From positions 24,864,001-24,928,000 of the forward strand of contig NC_058383.1 in the NCBI RefSeq assembly GCF_018350175.1: a stretch of 64,000 bases of DNA, given 5' to 3'. The notes below the pieces were generated by a model. The model was not told the origin of the DNA. It saw only the letters and a list, made by a program, of their open reading frames with translations, and searched no databases. The stretch is from Felis catus (taxonomy: Eukaryota). How positions within the stretch are numbered: position 1 is the first letter of the stretch; each line of letters begins with the position of its first letter. The position numbers and the translations under genes are program-made. Shown here piece by piece: positions 24,647-37,350 of the stretch.

Positions 24647-27600
24647 CACATCTTCTTTATCCATTAATCAGTTGATGGACATTTGGACTCTTTCCATAAT
24701 TTGACTGTTGTTGATAGCACTGCTATAAACACTGGGGTGCATGTGCCCCTTTGAATCAGGATATTTGTATCCATTGGATAAATTCCTAGTAGTGCAATTG
24801 TTGGGTTGCTTAATTTTTTGAGGAATCTCCGTACTGTTTTCCAGAGTGACTGCACCAATTTGCATTCCCACCAACAGTGCAATAGGGTTACCCTTTCTCC
24901 ACACCGTCAATAACATCTGTTGTTGCCTGAGTTGTTAATTTTAGCCACCCTGACCAGTGTGAGGTGGTATGTGATTGTGGTTTTGGTTTTTATTTCCCTG
25001 ATGATGAGTGGTGTTGAGCATTTTTTCATGTGTCTGTTAGTCATTGAATGTCTTCTTTGGAAAAGTGTCTGTTCATGTCTTTTTCCCGTTTCTTCACTGG
25101 ATTGTTTGTTTTTTTGAATGTTGAGTTTGATAAGTTCCCTACAGATTTTGGATATTAACCCTTTATTTGATAATGTCATTTGCAAATATCTTCTCCCATT
25201 CCGTTGGTTGCCTTTTAGTTGTCCTGATTCTTTCCTTTGCTGTGCAGAAACTTTTTATCTTGATGAGGTCCCAGGAGTTTATTTTTGTTTTTGTTTCTCT
25301 TGCCTCTAGAAACATGTCAAGTAGGAAGATTCTGTGGCTGAGATCACAAAGGTTGTTGCCGGTTTTCTCCTCCAGGATTTTGATGGCTTCCTGTTTTCCA
25401 TCTAGGTCTTTCATCGATTTTGAGTTTATTTTTATGCATGGTGTAAGAAAGTGGTCTAGGTTCTGTATGTTGCTGTCCAGTTTTCCCACCCCATTTGCTA
25501 AAGAGACTGTCTTTTTTCCATTGGATATTCTTTCCTGCTTTGTCAAAGATTAGTTGGCCATATGTTTGTGGGTCCATGTCTGGGTTCTCTATTCTGTTCC
25601 ACTGATCGATGTGTCTGTTCTTGTGCCAGTACCATATGGTCTTGATGATTACAGCTCTGTAATACAGCTTGAAGTCCAGCATTGTGATACCTCCAGCTTT
25701 GGTTTTCTTTTCAGGGTTTCTTTGGCTATTTGGGGGCTATTTATTATTAATGTGATGTATCACATTGACTGATTTGTACATATTGAAGCAGCCCTGTATC
25801 CCAGGAATAAATCCCACTTGATTGTGGTGAATAATTCTTTTAATGTATTGTTGGATCTGGTTTGCTAGTATCTTGTTGAGAATTTTTGTATCCATGTTCA
25901 TTAGGGAATTTGGTCTGTAGTTCTTTTTAGTGAGGTCTTTGGTTTTAGAGTCAAGAAAATTCTGGACTTGTAGAATGAGTTTGGGTGTGTTCCTTCCATT
26001 TATATTTTTGGAACAGCTTCAAAAGAATAGATGTTAACTCTGCTTTAAATGTTTGGTAGCATTCCCCTGGAAAGCCATCCAGCCCTGAACTCTTGTTTGT
26101 TGAGGGATTTTTGATTACTGATTCAATTTCTGTATTGGTGATGGGTCTGTTCAAATTCCTGTTTCATTTTGGTACTTTATATATGTTTAGAAATTTGTCC
26201 ATTTATTCCAGATTGCCCAATTTGTTAGCATATGATTGCTCATAATGTTCTCTTATTACTGTTTGTATTTATGCAGTATTGGTTGTGATCTCTTCTCTTT
26301 CATTCATGATTTTATCTATTTGGTCCTTTCCTTTTTCTTTTTAATCAATCTGGCTAGGTATTTATCAGTTTTGTTATTCTTTCAAAGAACCAACTTCTGG
26401 TCTAATTGATCTGTTCTACTGCTTTTTTGTTTGTTTGTTTTTAATTTCAATATCATTTATTTCTGCTCTAATCTTTATTATTTCCCTTCTGATAGTTTTA
26501 GGCCTTATTTGCTGTTCTTTTTCCAGTTCTGTTAGGTGTAAGGTTAGGTTGTGTATTTGAGACCTTTAGTCCTTCTTTAGGATGGGCTGGGTTGCTATAT
26601 ACTTCCCTCTTGAGACCGCCTTTGCTGCATCCCAGAGGTTTGGGGCTGTCATGTTTTCATTTTCTTGGCTTCCGTGTACTTTTAATTTCCTCTTTAATTT
26701 CTTGGTTAGCCCATTCATTCTTTAGTAGGATGTTCTTTAATCTCCAAGGATTCATGGTCTTTACAAATTTTTTCTTGTGGTTGATTTCGAGTTTCGTAGT
26801 GTTGTGGTCTGAAAATATGCCAAGTATGATCTGAGTCTTTTTGTACTTGTTGAGAGCTGATTTGTGACCCAGTATGTGATCTATTCTGGAGGATGTTCCA
26901 TGTGCACTCGAGAAGAATGTGTGTTCTGCTTTGGGATGAAAATTTCTGAATATATCTGTTAAGTCCATCTGGTCCAGTGTGTCATTCAAAGCCATTGTTT
27001 CCTTGTTGATTTTCTGCTTAAATGATCTGTCCATTGTTGTAAGTGGGGTATTGAAGTCCCCTACTCTTATGGTATTATTATCAATGAGTTTCTTTATGTT
27101 TGTGATTAACTGATTTATATATTTGACTTCTCCACTTTGGGGGCATAAATATTTATAATTGTTAAATCTTCTTGTTGGATAGACCCCTTAATTTTTATGA
27201 TGCCCTTCTTAATCTCTTGTTACAGTCTTTATTTTAAAATCTAGTTTGTCTGATATAAGTATGGCAACACCAGCTTTCTTTTGACAACCATTAGCATGAT
27301 AGATGGTTCTACATCCCCTTACTTTCAATCTGCATGTGTCTTTAGGTCTAAAATGAGTCTCTTGTAAGCAGCATATAGATGGGTCTTATTTTCTTATCCA
27401 TTCTGATACCCTATGTCTTTTGATGGGAGCATTTAGTCCATTGACATCTAGAGTGAGTACTAAAAGATAAGATTTTAGCGCCATTGTGTCACCTTTTGAA
27501 TTGGTATTTCTGGTGATGTTCTCTGGTCCTTCCTAGTCTTTATTGATTTTGGTCTTTTTTGTTTTGTTTTGTCTTTCTCCACTCAAATAGTCCCCCTTAA

Positions 27601-30060
27601 AATTTCTTGCAGGGCTGGTTTAGTGGTCGCAAACACCTTTAGTTTTTGTTTGTCTTGGAAACTCTTTATCTCTCCTATTTTGAATGTCAGCCTTGCTGGA
27701 TAAAGAATTCTTGGTTGCATATTTTTCTGATTCAGCCTGTTGAATATATTCTGCCACTCCTTCTGGCCTGCCAAGTTTCTGCGTATAGGTCTCCAGTGAA
27801 CCTGATCTTTCTTCCCTTATAGGTTAAGGACTTTTTCCTTTTCCCCCTGCTGCTTTCGTAACTCTTTCCTTGTCTGTGCATTTTGTGAATTTGACTATGA
27901 TATGCCTTGGTGATGGTCAGCTTTTGTTGAATCTATCGGGAGTTCTCTGTGTTCCTTGGATTTTTATGTCTGTGTCATTCCCCAGATTAGGAAAGTCTTC
28001 TGTTATAATTTGTGCACACAAAACTTCTGTCCTTTTTTCTCTCTCTTCATCTTCTTGGATGCCTATGACTCAGCTATTATTCCTTTTTAACAAATCACCT
28101 AGTTTTCTAAGTCATGTGTTGTGATCATTTGCCTTTGTTTCCCTCTTTTTTTCCTGCTTCATTATTTTCCATAATTTTGCTTTCTAAATAGTGGATTCAC
28201 TGCTCTGCTTCATTCATACTTGGTGTCTTGGCATCCATTTGAGATTGCATCTTGGTTATAGCACTTTTAATTTCATCCTGACTAGATTTTATTTTTTATC
28301 TCCAAAGAAAAGGATTCTATGCTTTTTCAACTCAAGCTAATATTCTTACCATGGTTCATATTTCTAGTTCAGATATTTTGCTTATTTCTATGTTGATTAA
28401 GCTCCTGGCTGTCCTTTCTTCCTCTTCTTTCTTTTGGGGTGAATACCTTCATTTTCTCATTTTGGAGGGAGAAAAAACTAATAAAGTAAAAAATTAAAAT
28501 TAAAAAATCAAAAACAAAGCAAAAAATCAAATAAAGGAAGCTAGAGTCTAGGTGTGTTTTGGTCTCATTGTTGAAAGAAGCTTGATAGAATAGAGAAAAA
28601 AGGGAAAGAAGGAAAAAATGTAAGAAAAAAATAAAAAATTATAAAATAAAATGAAATAAAGAAAATGAAAAAGAATAAAAAATTAAAAAAATAAAAAATA
28701 AAGTAAAAACATAAAAATAAAAGTAAAATTTTCTCTTTCTGTATCCAGGATGAGGAAGAAAAGAAAGGGGGAGGGGAGAAAAAATTTTAAGGAAAAACAG
28801 AAACAAGGTAAACAAACAAATAAATGAGCCAGTGAACAGAATGAAAACTGAATGAAGTTACGTCCAGTTTCCCCTAGAACTGAAACTATGAAGCCTTCTA
28901 TAGTCCATAAACTATGCAGGTGGAGTAACTTGTGCTGGTTTTCTAGCAGATATGTTTGGAGGGCATGGCTGAGTGGGGCTTGCTGTAATGGCTCCATTCT
29001 CTGCTGGTGGTGCTACTTAGCTTACTGGGGTGGATCACTGTGGTGCACATGCATGTGTATGTACGCATGTGTGCAGGAGAGGTGGAAATGGCTTCATCCA
29101 GCTTCCTACTGTCTAGCACAGGAACACTGTGCTCTCAGCAACCCATGATCAAGCACCCCTCCATTGTCTCAGCTCTCTGTTCTCTCCCCACCTCTACCCT
29201 ATGTCCAAGCTTTCCACCTGCCAGGCAGCACCTCCATCCAGAGTGTGTTTCAAACCCCACACTTCAGAGACCCCTGTAGCTTGGACCTATGCTGACTGTC
29301 TGACAGAGGGTCTTGCTGAGCAATGGCTGGGTGCCAGCTTGCCCCAGAAAATGTTCTTGTGATCGCACAGTGGCAGAGGTTCAGAGATTATGGCAAATCA
29401 CAACACACAGCTGGCTGCAGATTTCACTGCACTCTGGCATTTTCCTCCCAATACCAGCAAATGTGGCTGCTCTCCTGGGTCTGCTGGGATCTTTGCCTGT
29501 GGGGATGCTGTATGGCCTCTATGAAATGCACTCCAAGCAGGAGAACCTCTTCGCCCTGAGTGGCACATAGAACTCTCAGACTAGTCTGCTTACTCATGGG
29601 GATTCGCCCTGCTTCCTCACCAGAGGACCACCAGACACTGAGCTCTGAATGTTCAGGCCCTGTGCTCCACTGTTTATAGAATCCTGGTGGTATTGAAACC
29701 CTCTCTTGTCTTCCCCTCAATGGTTTTGGGGGAACAGATTTGTTGTTCAGTCCCCTGAGAGTGTTTTCACTCTTTATCTTTCTCTCCAGCTGCTTTCGGA
29801 GGAGTGCTTTTCTTGCACGATCCCATTAAGCTGCACTCTCCCCCTTTCCCTTTCTCTATCCTCACAGCAAAAATAGCTCCCCACCCTCCATAGTTTTTCT
29901 TTCCCCCAGTTCACCTCTCCGTACCATATACCTGCTGAGTTCTGTGGCTCAAGTTATGCAGATGGTTGCGTTAACTCTTAGATCAGTTTCCTAGATGTTC
30001 AAAATGATTTGGTGCTGATCTGGCTGCATTTCAGGGATGAGATAAGCTCAGAGTCTCCAA
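24175..30060 (-). mobile_element. Near full-length decayed carnivore L1 with an internal ORF2 deletion near 25740
   Basis: 3'UTR at 24175, ORF2p fragments ([44 protein letters not shown]), ORF1p fragment (NMQPRILYPARL), 5'UTR to about 30060; (TG)n at 24586-24644. Confidence 0.9.
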
Positions 30061-30443
30061 CTAGAGACCACATTTATAATGATCAAACTCAATATTTGGT
30101 TAACCTAAGGGTGAACGTGGTGGCATCATCCCATTGCTCTATTAAGTATTCCCCCCTTTTACTGGTGAGGATGAGTATTGGTTTTGTTTCTAATATGCTT
30201 ACTGGTCCTTCATATTTTTATCAACTATTTTTTGGCTGTCTCCCAGAATTAACACTTAGGTATGAATTAGGAGATGTGACCTTCCACTCAGACTGAGAAC
30301 TAATAAGAACTAGAGATTGCTGTCCAGCTTCCTTCTCTCTCCTCTTACACCACCCAAGTTACATGAACACTTCTCACACATCATCGCATCTTCCAAAATA
30401 GACGATTTCTTGTTTAAGCATCTTGTTTTTAGTTCCCACTCAC

Positions 30444-30648
30444 TGAATCAACTCCTTGAAATTTAAACACCCATCATAGCTCTTATCTGATACCAAGAGC
30501 TTGGTCGTCAAGGGGGCATAGGTTGGACACAACAGGGTCCACATGCAGGTCCATAGCCTTATTAACTACAATTCACTGGGCCTTAGATGTGTGAAATAGA
30601 AAATGTCCTTGACAGTCAGTTGAAGGGTTCCAGGCACAAAGGTGATTC
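30444..30648 (-). pseudogene. ACSM6: ACSM6 pseudogene, coding exon 3 (two frameshifts and an in-frame TGA)
   Basis: AG acceptor and GTGAGT donor; GITFVPGTLQLTVKDIFY / HTSKAQ*IVVNKAMD...VS / LTTKLLVSDKSYDGCLNFKELIQ is collinear with human ACSM6 GITFVPGSPQLTAKK...KTKLLVSDKSYDGWLDFKKLIQ. Confidence 0.9.
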
Positions 30649-31362
30649 CTGAAAATGCCAAATAAAAAGGCTTCAGTCATTCCTTTAAAGATGACATTTC
30701 CTCAAGCATCCTGGCAGGCACATGAGGTCTCTTTGAATACTAGCCTTCTAGGCTGTAACCTCTCCATTGGGCCAGCAACCGAATGGCAGCTTTGGTAGAA
30801 ATGGTAGGGGCAAGGCACTGAGCCCACTGAGCATTGTTGCCATTATCTTTTCCCCTCAAACAGTCAATAATTTATATGGGTAGGTTTTGGGTTACTTGCC
30901 ATTTGAAATATAGCCTGATTTTGAAACTGTGTGATGCAAGGGGGTTGTGGAAACTTCCTCTGTATTGTTCCCTCTTGCATGAAAATAGCTGCTGCTATGG
31001 ATTGCTGGATTTGCATTGGACACAAATGCCCTCCTCTTTTTTCTGGCTGTTGTGTAATGTTTCTTCCATCCAATTTAACACATATTTGGGGCCTATTATG
31101 TGACTGGTACATGCGGGATACATCTGTCTGCCCCAAGTTGTTCTATGATTGGGTCAAGCAGAAGCTTCCCTTGACTTCACAGGCTTGGAGAACTAGAATA
31201 CTTCTGGCAGTAACTGATGGTAACAATGTCTCTGTTGTACTAATGCTTACATACCCTATTACAGACCTATTGGCTTTGGAAAAAGATCTGGTGTGCTGGT
31301 GTTGGCCTTGGTCACATCTTCCACCTTTGTCTTTTGCTTCTCACATTGAAATATCTTATTTC

Positions 31363-31573
31363 TATTTTTTAATGTTTATTTATTTTTGAGAGAGACAGGG
31401 ACAGAATGTGAGTGGGTTAGAGGCAGAGAGAGAGGGAGACACAGAATCCAAAGCAGGTGCCAGGCTCTGAGCTGTCAGCACAGAGCCCGACACGGGGCTC
31501 AAACCCACGAGCTGTGAGATCATGACCTGAGCCGAAGTTGGACACTCAACAGACTGAGCCACACAGGCGCCCC
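31363..31573 (-). mobile_element. CAN-SINE
   Basis: SINE body with TSD tcacattgaaatatctta. Confidence 0.9.
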
Positions 31574-31629
31574 TCACATTGAAATATCTTAAGCACAATT
31601 AAAAAAAAATCAATGTTCAAAATTGATGG

Positions 31630-32184
31630 TTCCCATAACACAAGAAGCAACGAGTGTTGGTGAGGATGTGGAGAACCTCTTGCCCTGTTGGTGGGAGTGC
31701 AAACTGCTATGGCCATTCTCGAAAACAGTATGGAGGTTTCTCAAAAAGTTGAAATAAGACCACCTGGGTGTTTCATTCAGTTAAACATTCAACTCTTGAT
31801 TTCAGCTCAGGTCTTGATCTCATGTTTGTGAGATCAAGCCCTGCATTGGGTTCCATGCTGACAGCACAGATCCTGCTTGAGATCCTCTCTCCCTCCCTCT
31901 CTCTCTGCCCCTCCCCCACTAACATGCATGCTCTCTCTCTCAAAATTAATAGTTTTAGAACGTTAAAAATAGAACTACTCTATCATTCAGCAATTGCATT
32001 GCTAGGTATTTATCCAAAGAATACAAAAATACCAATTCAGAGGGATACATGCACCCTGATGTTTATAGCAGCATTGCCTACAGCAGCCAAATTATGGAAG
32101 GATCCCAAATGTCCATTGAATGATGAACGGATAAAGAAGATGTGGTGTATATATATATACATATATACTCAGCATATATACATA

Positions 32185-32226
<42 letters not shown>

Positions 32227-33300
32227 TCAGACATCAGAAAGAGTGAAATCTTGCCATTTGCAATGATGTGGATGGAACTAGAGTTTATTATGCTAAGTGA
32301 AATAAGTCAGTCAAATAAAGACAAATATCATATGATTTCACTATATGTGAATTTAAGAAACAAAACGGTGAATATAGGGAAAGGGCAGGAAAAATAAAAT
32401 AAGGTAAAAACAGCAAGGGAGGCAAACCCTGAGAGGACCTTAACTATACAGAACAAACTGAGGGTTGTTGGAGGGGAGATGGTTGGGGGGATGGGCTTAA
32501 TGGGTGATGGACATCACTTGTGATGACAACTGAATATTATAAGTAAGTGATGAATCACTAACTTTTACTCCTAAAACCAATACTACACTATATGTTAAGT
32601 TGAATTTAAATAAAATCTTGGAGGAAAAAAAGAAGCATTGACAAAGATGTGGAGAAATCAGAACCTTCAAACACTGCTGTTGGGGATGTAAAATGGTACA
32701 GCTACATTGGAAAACATCCTGGAAATTTCTCAATAAGTTAAAAATGGAGTTGCCATATGGCACAGCAATTTCACTCCTAGACACATACCCAAGAGAATTG
32801 AAAACATATATTCCCATGAAAACTTGTATAGAAATGTTCATAGTAGCATTATTCATAACTCCTACAATGTGGAAACAATCCAAATGTTTATCAACCAATG
32901 ACCAGATGCATCAAAGTGGTATAACCATACAGTGGGATATTGTCTAGCCATAAAAAGGCATCCAGTGCTGTTACATGTGTGGATGAACTTCAAGAACATT
33001 GTGCTAAGTGAAAGAAGCCAAAGTCCACATATTGTATGATTCCATTTATATGAAATCTTCAGAACAGGAAAATCCAAGAGACATAAGTAGATTTTTGGTT
33101 GCCAAGGAATGGAGGAGGGAGGAATTGAGATATGGGCTTTCTTCTCAGGATAATAATAATATTTTAGAATTAGTGGTGATAGTTGTGCAACATCAGGACT
33201 ATATTAAAAGACACCGAGTTGTCCACTTTGAAATGGTCAGAATGATGGATTTTAAGTGTTGTTAATTTCATCTTAAAAAATAAAAAAATTGAAAGCTTCA
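31630..33300 (+). mobile_element. Nested L1 3' ends with a SINE (about 31759-31955) and a (TA)n tract (about 32147-32225)
   Basis: ORF2p C-terminal fragments ([10 protein letters not shown]...LWKDPKCP; LKMELPYGTAISLL) and L1 3'UTRs. Confidence 0.85.
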
Positions 33301-33770
33301 AAAAATAAAAATAAAGATAAATAGCCAAAAAAGGAACATTCCAAACATAAAGAAAAACACTTCCCTGGTTTCCATATGATTAAAGTCATACAGTCTTGCA
33401 GATACTAAAACATAAGCTAAAGTCTGTAACTTTCTGGAATGTCATGATGATTTGTAACACTTTATGTGAAAAAATATATGTAACCCTGCACTGACTGTTC
33501 CTCTCTCAGAGAAGTTTCTTCTTTGTGAAGATTGTATATCCTGGGCAGTTATCTTGGGATCAAATACAAGTCTTCTCCATTCTCCCTAAATTTTTTTTGA
33601 TATGAAATTTATTGTCAAATTGGTTTCCATACAACACCCAGTGCTCATCCCAACAGGTGCCCTCCTCAATGCCCATCACCCACTCTCCCCACCCTCCTAC
33701 CCCCCATCAACCCTCAGCTTATTCTGTCTCCCTAAAATTTTTTAAAAGTTTTGTTCACTTTGAATCAACA
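33300..33770 (+). mobile_element. Probable ERV1 (MER34-like) LTR fragment interrupted by a short L1 3' end (about 33590-33730)
   Basis: LTR-like composition ending ...tcaaca; L1 tail flanked by tctccctaaa-like TSD. Confidence 0.45.
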
Positions 33771-34429
33771 TAGTCGTTTTAATGTTGTTCAACTCTCCTA
33801 TTCCTTGTTGATCTTCTGTTTAGTTGTACTATCCATGATTGAAAGTGGGATATTGAAACCTCATACTGGGAAATATACTTTTGAATAAAAAAGTACATTT
33901 AGGGTAATGAGAGCTTAGTTTAATTTAGGGTAAGAAAGTTTAGGGTAATGAGTATGCCTTTCTTGGTGACCCTTTCCCCAAGTATTATCCTAAAATATTT
34001 TTGAGGAGAAGCAATACAATGACAACAAAGGTATACTCCCCCAGAATGGCTTCTTTGCAGTGGGAATGTGAATGTTGTGCTAGCTTCTTGCAGAATTCTT
34101 TCCTGATTCTTTAGCTGAAGGGAGTTTCTTTTCAGCTGAAGGGAGTTAGCTGAACTCCTTGGCAATTTATCTAGGACCTTCCTGATTCCATTAAATTGTT
34201 CCTTCATTGATCTCACCTCCCATAGGGATGTTTCAGCCCCATCTGAGGGTAAGAACTTTGTCTCATTCATCTTTATAACACCAGCTTCTAGCTCAGTGAT
34301 TTTCCTTTCTAGACTTTTGGTAACATTGCAGAGTAAATGTTAAGAAGAAAAATATTGTTGTTATTTGCCCAAATAGTGGTTTTAAAACCGTATTATTTCA
34401 CATGTGGTTTAGAGTATGGACTGTGTAGC

Positions 34430-36050
34430 TGGGGTCAAGATGGCAGCATGGGAGGATCCTAAACTCACCTCCTCCCATGCACACAACAATTCAAGAGCTA
34501 CATATGGTGCAATACCCTCTGAAAAGAACCTGAAAGACAGCTGAACAGTGTCTCTACAACAGAGGATAAAAGGGCCGTATGGAAACAGGTAGGAGAGGCA
34601 TAGACACAATCTCACAAGAAACCCCACCCCAGGTGTGGTGACCCATAGTCAGGAGGATCTCATAATATAGAAGTTGTCCATGAGGAGTCAGGGGTTTGTG
34701 ACCTACATCAGACACCCCAATTTATGGGAACTACACCACCAAGATGAGCCTCCAAACAGCTGGCTTTGAAAAAAATAGGACTTACTTCCTAAAGAACCAT
34801 ATAGCTATAAGGAAAAGAAAACCTGCTCTTACTAGGTTCACATATAGGCCCACACTCACCCAAGACTCAACCCCAAAGCAGCAATTTGAAAGGTGCCCAG
34901 CCAGCAAAGGAGACTCATTTGTTAATCTTAAAGCTTCTGCCAGAGAGGCAGAAACTTGTAGAGACTTACTGTAGGGATGGAGACACTGGCAGGCACTCTT
35001 TTTGCATTTTCCTTCCACCTTGTGGGTGCCAGTGCTTCTAGACACCATGTTTGCAACCCTCACACACCCAGCCTACTAGCTCCGTGGGAATGCCCTACGT
35101 AACACACCCCAGCTGCAGCTGGCCATACCAGCCACGTATGAGCACCCTGTCCCCATGCACCACAGTCATGGCCTGTTCTTCCACAGCCAGCCCCTTGGGC
35201 ACCCAGCTTTGGTGGCCAGGGAGGATTGAATTCTTGGGCCCCATGGGTCTAAAACAATTGGAGAGATAGTGCTTGACAGGCTATCACCCCAAGGCACTGC
35301 ACAAACACACTCCCAGTCTTTGTGGAAAAGGCCTATTTTCTTGCCCTGGAGCTTCAGCATGAGGGGCAGGCTTCAGGTTTGCCACTAGTCCAGAGGCTAC
35401 AGAGGAGTTCCCAGAGAACATAAGCGGAAAGATGCCATATTAGCATCCTCCCTTTGCCTTGCCACAGTTCGGTGGTATCTCCCAGAAAGGAGCTTATATA
35501 AGGTATAAAGTCGCAATATTTGCTACTGTTGTTTAGGGGACACCCCCAGATCTCCTGTTATGGAAGTCAGCAGGGTTTACAATTGTGGACCCGCAAGACT
35601 GTATATATTCACATGCTTTAGAAGCTGCTGCCTGAGGATCTGGCTTACAATTAGCCTAAAACTAGATGATCTCTGAGATCTCTCCATTTGGAACAGTAAC
35701 AGGTTTTGGCACACCCTCAACAACTGGGATCGGTCAAGAGCAAATCAGGCTCTTGGGCAATTATAGAGGTCCAAGAAATAAGCAAAAGCCAGGGCAAAGA
35801 TGCATGACAACTTTCATCTCCTACATCCCACTCCTTCAAGACTGGGAGAGGTAGCTGTTTTACCTAATACGTAGAAATAAGCACAGAGAGTCAAGCAAAT
35901 GAGGGGACAGAGGAATATGTTCCAAAGAAAAGAACAAGAGAACACCTCAGACTTTAATGAGATGGAGATAAGTAAACTACCTGATAAAGAGTTGAAAGTA
36001 ATGGTCATAAAGATGTTCACTGAACTTGGGAGAAGAATGAATGAATATAG
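34430..36050 (+). mobile_element. L1 5'UTR and start of ORF1
   Basis: 'ggggtcaagatggcagcatgggaggatcctaaactcacctcc' 5' end; ORF1-like LPDKELKVMVIKMFTELGRRM near 36000. Confidence 0.8.
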
Positions 36051-37139
36051 TGGTCCATCTCCTTTCTAAGACATGGATCACTTTTCCCTTAGCGTAACTC
36101 AGTCCATTGGAACCTGGGAAAACTTTGAGAGTCTGAGTAGGCATGACAGTATGGTTTACTTCCTGTCTTTTCTTCTTTGTGCCTCCCACACCTGGCATTC
36201 TTAGGGACATCTGCTCTTTGAATACTTTTTAGGGTTTTCCTTAATTAGAGTCCCTGTTAGTAGGCAAATGCAATAGACTAAGCCATTTGTGACAACTTAC
36301 AATGGCAAAAAAAAAATTAATGGGAAAACACCAGAGAAGGAGTCCTTTCTTTGACTTTCATAGGAGCTTCCCAATTCCCCCCTCAAAAGAAAAAAAAAGA
36401 AAAGAAAAGAAAAAGAAAAGAAAAAAAAGCTCTATGCCTCTATTCGTGGGAAGACAGCTGTCATGTACCATAGCAGACAAAAGGGACTGATATTAGGGGT
36501 TGGCTCCTTTCCAATATCCTTTTGTTCTCACTACTGGAAGTGGCTCATGACTGAAGCATTCCCTGCTGGGGGTATTTATGTTGTGGAAGTGAGCCTCAAA
36601 GGCATGGATGGGATGCCCACAAGGAGTAGCTCTATCCTAACAGTATCCAAAATCTGATCCCGAGATCATTTAGTGTGACCCTCGAGAACTCTCCAATACT
36701 TGGTATAGAGCATCCTTAGAGATGGTCCTTTATGGGGGAAGGACCCCCTTTATGGGGGGAAGCTGAGACCTACCTAGATTGGGCAAGGTTTTCCTGCTCA
36801 GAGGCTTAGACTTCCTGGAGGTGATAAATGGCCTACAAGGTAGCTAAGCACTTTCTATGGATTATTTGCTTTTCATTTTCACAAAAACACTGTAAGTCTG
36901 AAACTATTACTGTGCCCATTGCACAAACAAGGAAACTGAAGCTCAGAGAGGGATTATATTACAAAGGTGGTAGCTGGTGGAGCTGAGAGTCAAACTTAGG
37001 CCTGTTTATAGACCCCCAAACTATAGGAAGAATTTGGACATGGGATGGACATCCTTTTACCGTCTCTACATTCTGTGAATGATTGAGAGTGGAATCCCAT
37101 AGGAGCCTCTGACCCAGGGGTCTCTCTCCCATGTCTTAC

Positions 37140-37350
37140 CCAATTGCATACAGGCCAGCCAGCTACAGTAAGTTTCTGGTGCTGGGGGCAGGAATACCAT
37201 CAGTTGGTCCCCATGGCTGAGGGCCGATGTGTCAGAGAGGATGCTGGCCACTTTCTGGGAGAGATGAGTCATCCTTTCAAAGCTCCATTTGTCTTCTTCT
37301 CCATTGGCGTTGACCTCCCTGAGTGCGGGGTAAGGTCCCCTGAGTCCATT
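37140..37350 (-). pseudogene. ACSM6: ACSM6 pseudogene, coding exon 2 (211 bp, frame open)
   Basis: TAG|AAT acceptor, G|GTAAGA donor; NGLRGPYPALREVNANGEEDKWSFERMTHLSQKVASILSDTSALSHGDQLMVFLPPAPETYCSWLACMQLG matches human ACSM6 DGLRGPYPALWKVSAKGEEDKWSFERMTQLS... Confidence 0.92.

Noticed and set aside
30931..31389. 152-aa ORF (similarly 38324-38812, 53264-53758 and 8239-8661)
   Set aside because: No splice or homology support; overlaps intronic or old repeat sequence
31768..32397. 209-aa ORF
   Set aside because: Chimera of a SINE, an L1 ORF2 C-terminus and a (TA)n tract
33895..34155. tttagggtaa and agctgaagggagtt short repeats
   Set aside because: Small local slippage duplications, not a telomeric array or CRISPR-like structure
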